Source: Octopus sinensis
Taxonomy: Eukaryota
Length of the DNA: 64,000 bases
Direction: 5' to 3'
Assembly: GCF_006345805.1 (NCBI RefSeq)
Contig: NC_042998.1
Location: forward strand, 104,966,001-105,030,000
This document shows, one piece after another, positions 62,191-64,000 of this stretch. The position numbers and the translations under genes are program-made. The notes beneath the pieces are model-generated. The model was given only the letters and a program-made list of their open reading frames with translations, had not been told where the DNA came from and did no database searches. Each line of letters begins with the position of its first letter. Positions within the stretch are counted from its first letter, which is position 1.

Positions 62191-62789
62191 AGTACTATTG
62201 TTTCATTTTTTCTGTATTCAAATTCAAACAAAGTTGACTTTCTATTTATTCCACAGAGATTACTGAAATAAGCATCACTCATGGAATGGTTCAGTATTAA
62301 TTCAATAAGCTATGCCTATCTCTTTGCAAATTTGTTGTCTTGTTCAAGCAGGAAAAATCATTATCACTGACTCCAGATAGCTGAAAGCAAAGTCAATCCT
62401 AGCAGTATTTAGCTAATCCTATCAAGATCAAATCTTTGCTCTTCATTCTTTCAGAATTAATATAAGTATAGTTACATAATGTGGATGATTATATCAACTA
62501 TACTTCCTCACCATAAAAGTTAAGTGCTTTAGCTTATGTCATAAATACTTATTTTTATATAATTAAAATAATAATATACATAATAGATGAGTCAGCTGTT
62601 TTTACAGTTAAGGATTTAGCAATCAAAAAAGCATTTGATTTTCATTTGGCTTCCAAGTAACAATTGCTTTCAAAACATACAAATAATTGAATTTACAGAA
62701 AAAGCCTGTTTAGAATACTGACATAGAAATGTGGAAGTAGAACAAAAATAATATTCAGATTTAGTCTATCTACGAATTATAAAATAAGT

Positions 62790-63110
62790 AGCTAAATATA
62801 TAGGGTAATGACCTCCTTTGATCATTGAATATCCATGGGATTGTACCGAGAAAGTTCCCCTCTGAGCACGGTTACTTATGGAAGACTAACAGTCAACCAT
62901 GCATATCAGCCTCCTCTCTCTCCATGCCACAAATGTTATCCAAGAGAAAGACAAAGGTCAATACAGCTTGGTACCAGTGATGATGCAACTTATTTCTAGA
63001 GCTGAGGGAACTGGAGCAATGTAAAATAAAGTGTCTTGCTCAAGAACACAACAGACATCTTGGTCTGGGAATCGAATTGTGAGTCTGATGCTCTAACCAT
63101 TGAGCCATAT
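62790..63110 (-). mobile_element. CORE-like tRNA SINE (family-C head, different 3' part)
   Basis: Minus strand: tggctcaatggttagagcatc...cttgagcaagacactttattttacattgctccagttc. Confidence 0.7.
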
Positions 63111-63486
63111 ATGTTTATATATGTTTTAAGATTTAACTTATCATATTTACAGCTCTTCATTTTACGAAAAAAATAACTTGAGCCTATAAGAAAGCCATGC
63201 AAAGGGAGCCATCTGTGGTTGCTTGCTCTGCTTGAAATATCAGGGAAATTTTCCCTCGAAATCATTCAATACATCATCATTAATGCCAATGTTCTCATCA
63301 TTGATATCAACATCATGGTAGTTATCAGCATCACTGTTGTCACCATCATTGCCATCATCATCATCATCATCAATATCACATTCTCACAATCATCACATTA
63401 TCACTATCATTGTAGTTGTCATCAATGTCATCATTGATATCCTCATCATCATCATTGTCATCGTCATCACCACCAACACCACCACA

Positions 63487-63531
<45 letters not shown>

Positions 63532-63802
63532 AGCAACATTTTATGGATGTTATTCCATTCCTGCTTGAATTAGGATTTAGCATGGTCTTCTCAAACACAG
63601 CATCTTGTCATCTGATGCAGTACTTCATCATCCCCTTCATGATGTTCAACTTCTTGAAATCAACTTTCATCCTTTCTTCCTAAGTCTTTCCCTTTTCTTG
63701 TTCTTAACTCTTTGTATTACTTGGAACTTCTTTCTTTCTATAACAATTATTCTTCACACAGATTGCATATCTGTGCCACCATAGTCATCTTTCTTGCACT
63801 AC

Positions 63803-64000
63803 CAACCACACAGTTCTGGATTCAATCCCACTGTGTGGCACCTTGGGCAAGTGTCTTCTACTATAGCCTCAGGCTGACCAAAGCCTTCTGAGTAGATTTG
63901 GTAGATGGAAACTGAAAGAAGCCCATCATATATGTGTGTGTGTATTTGTGTGTTTGTTTGTTCCCCCACCATCACTTGACAATTGATGCTGGTGTTTACA
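63803..64000 (+). mobile_element. Family-A SINE running off the window end
   Basis: ggcaccttgggcaagtgtcttctactatagcc. Confidence 0.9.

Overview
AT-rich, repeat-saturated eukaryotic DNA with no host protein-coding gene that I can identify, so it is intergenic or deep intronic. The repeat families match what I recall from octopus (coleoid cephalopod) genomes; this assignment is from memory, not a search. Most listed ORFs are microsatellite or SINE read-through artefacts. Recognisable content: (1) a near-complete DD34D mariner (7925-9207) and two maT/DD37D-type relics. (2) A hAT-like MITE with an 8-bp TSD and a piggyBac-like MITE. (3) Many 3' fragments of an RTE LINE with a (GAT)n tail, a variable 61-63 bp repeat array and a PHD finger. 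(4) A polarised stack of R4/Dong retrotransposons in (TAA)n tracts (56-61 kb). (5) Penelope-like relics, a Jockey/CR1-group relic and three tRNA-SINE families. Two themes stand out. First, about seven minimal type I hammerhead-ribozyme-like motifs of several sequence families, mostly in short elements embedded in (TA)n. Second, at least five local fold-back or inverted templated duplications, three involving the same RTE tail motif; the largest is a 627-bp palindrome. Two diverged LTR-like elements also share a CCAAT-HSE-TATA promoter layout.
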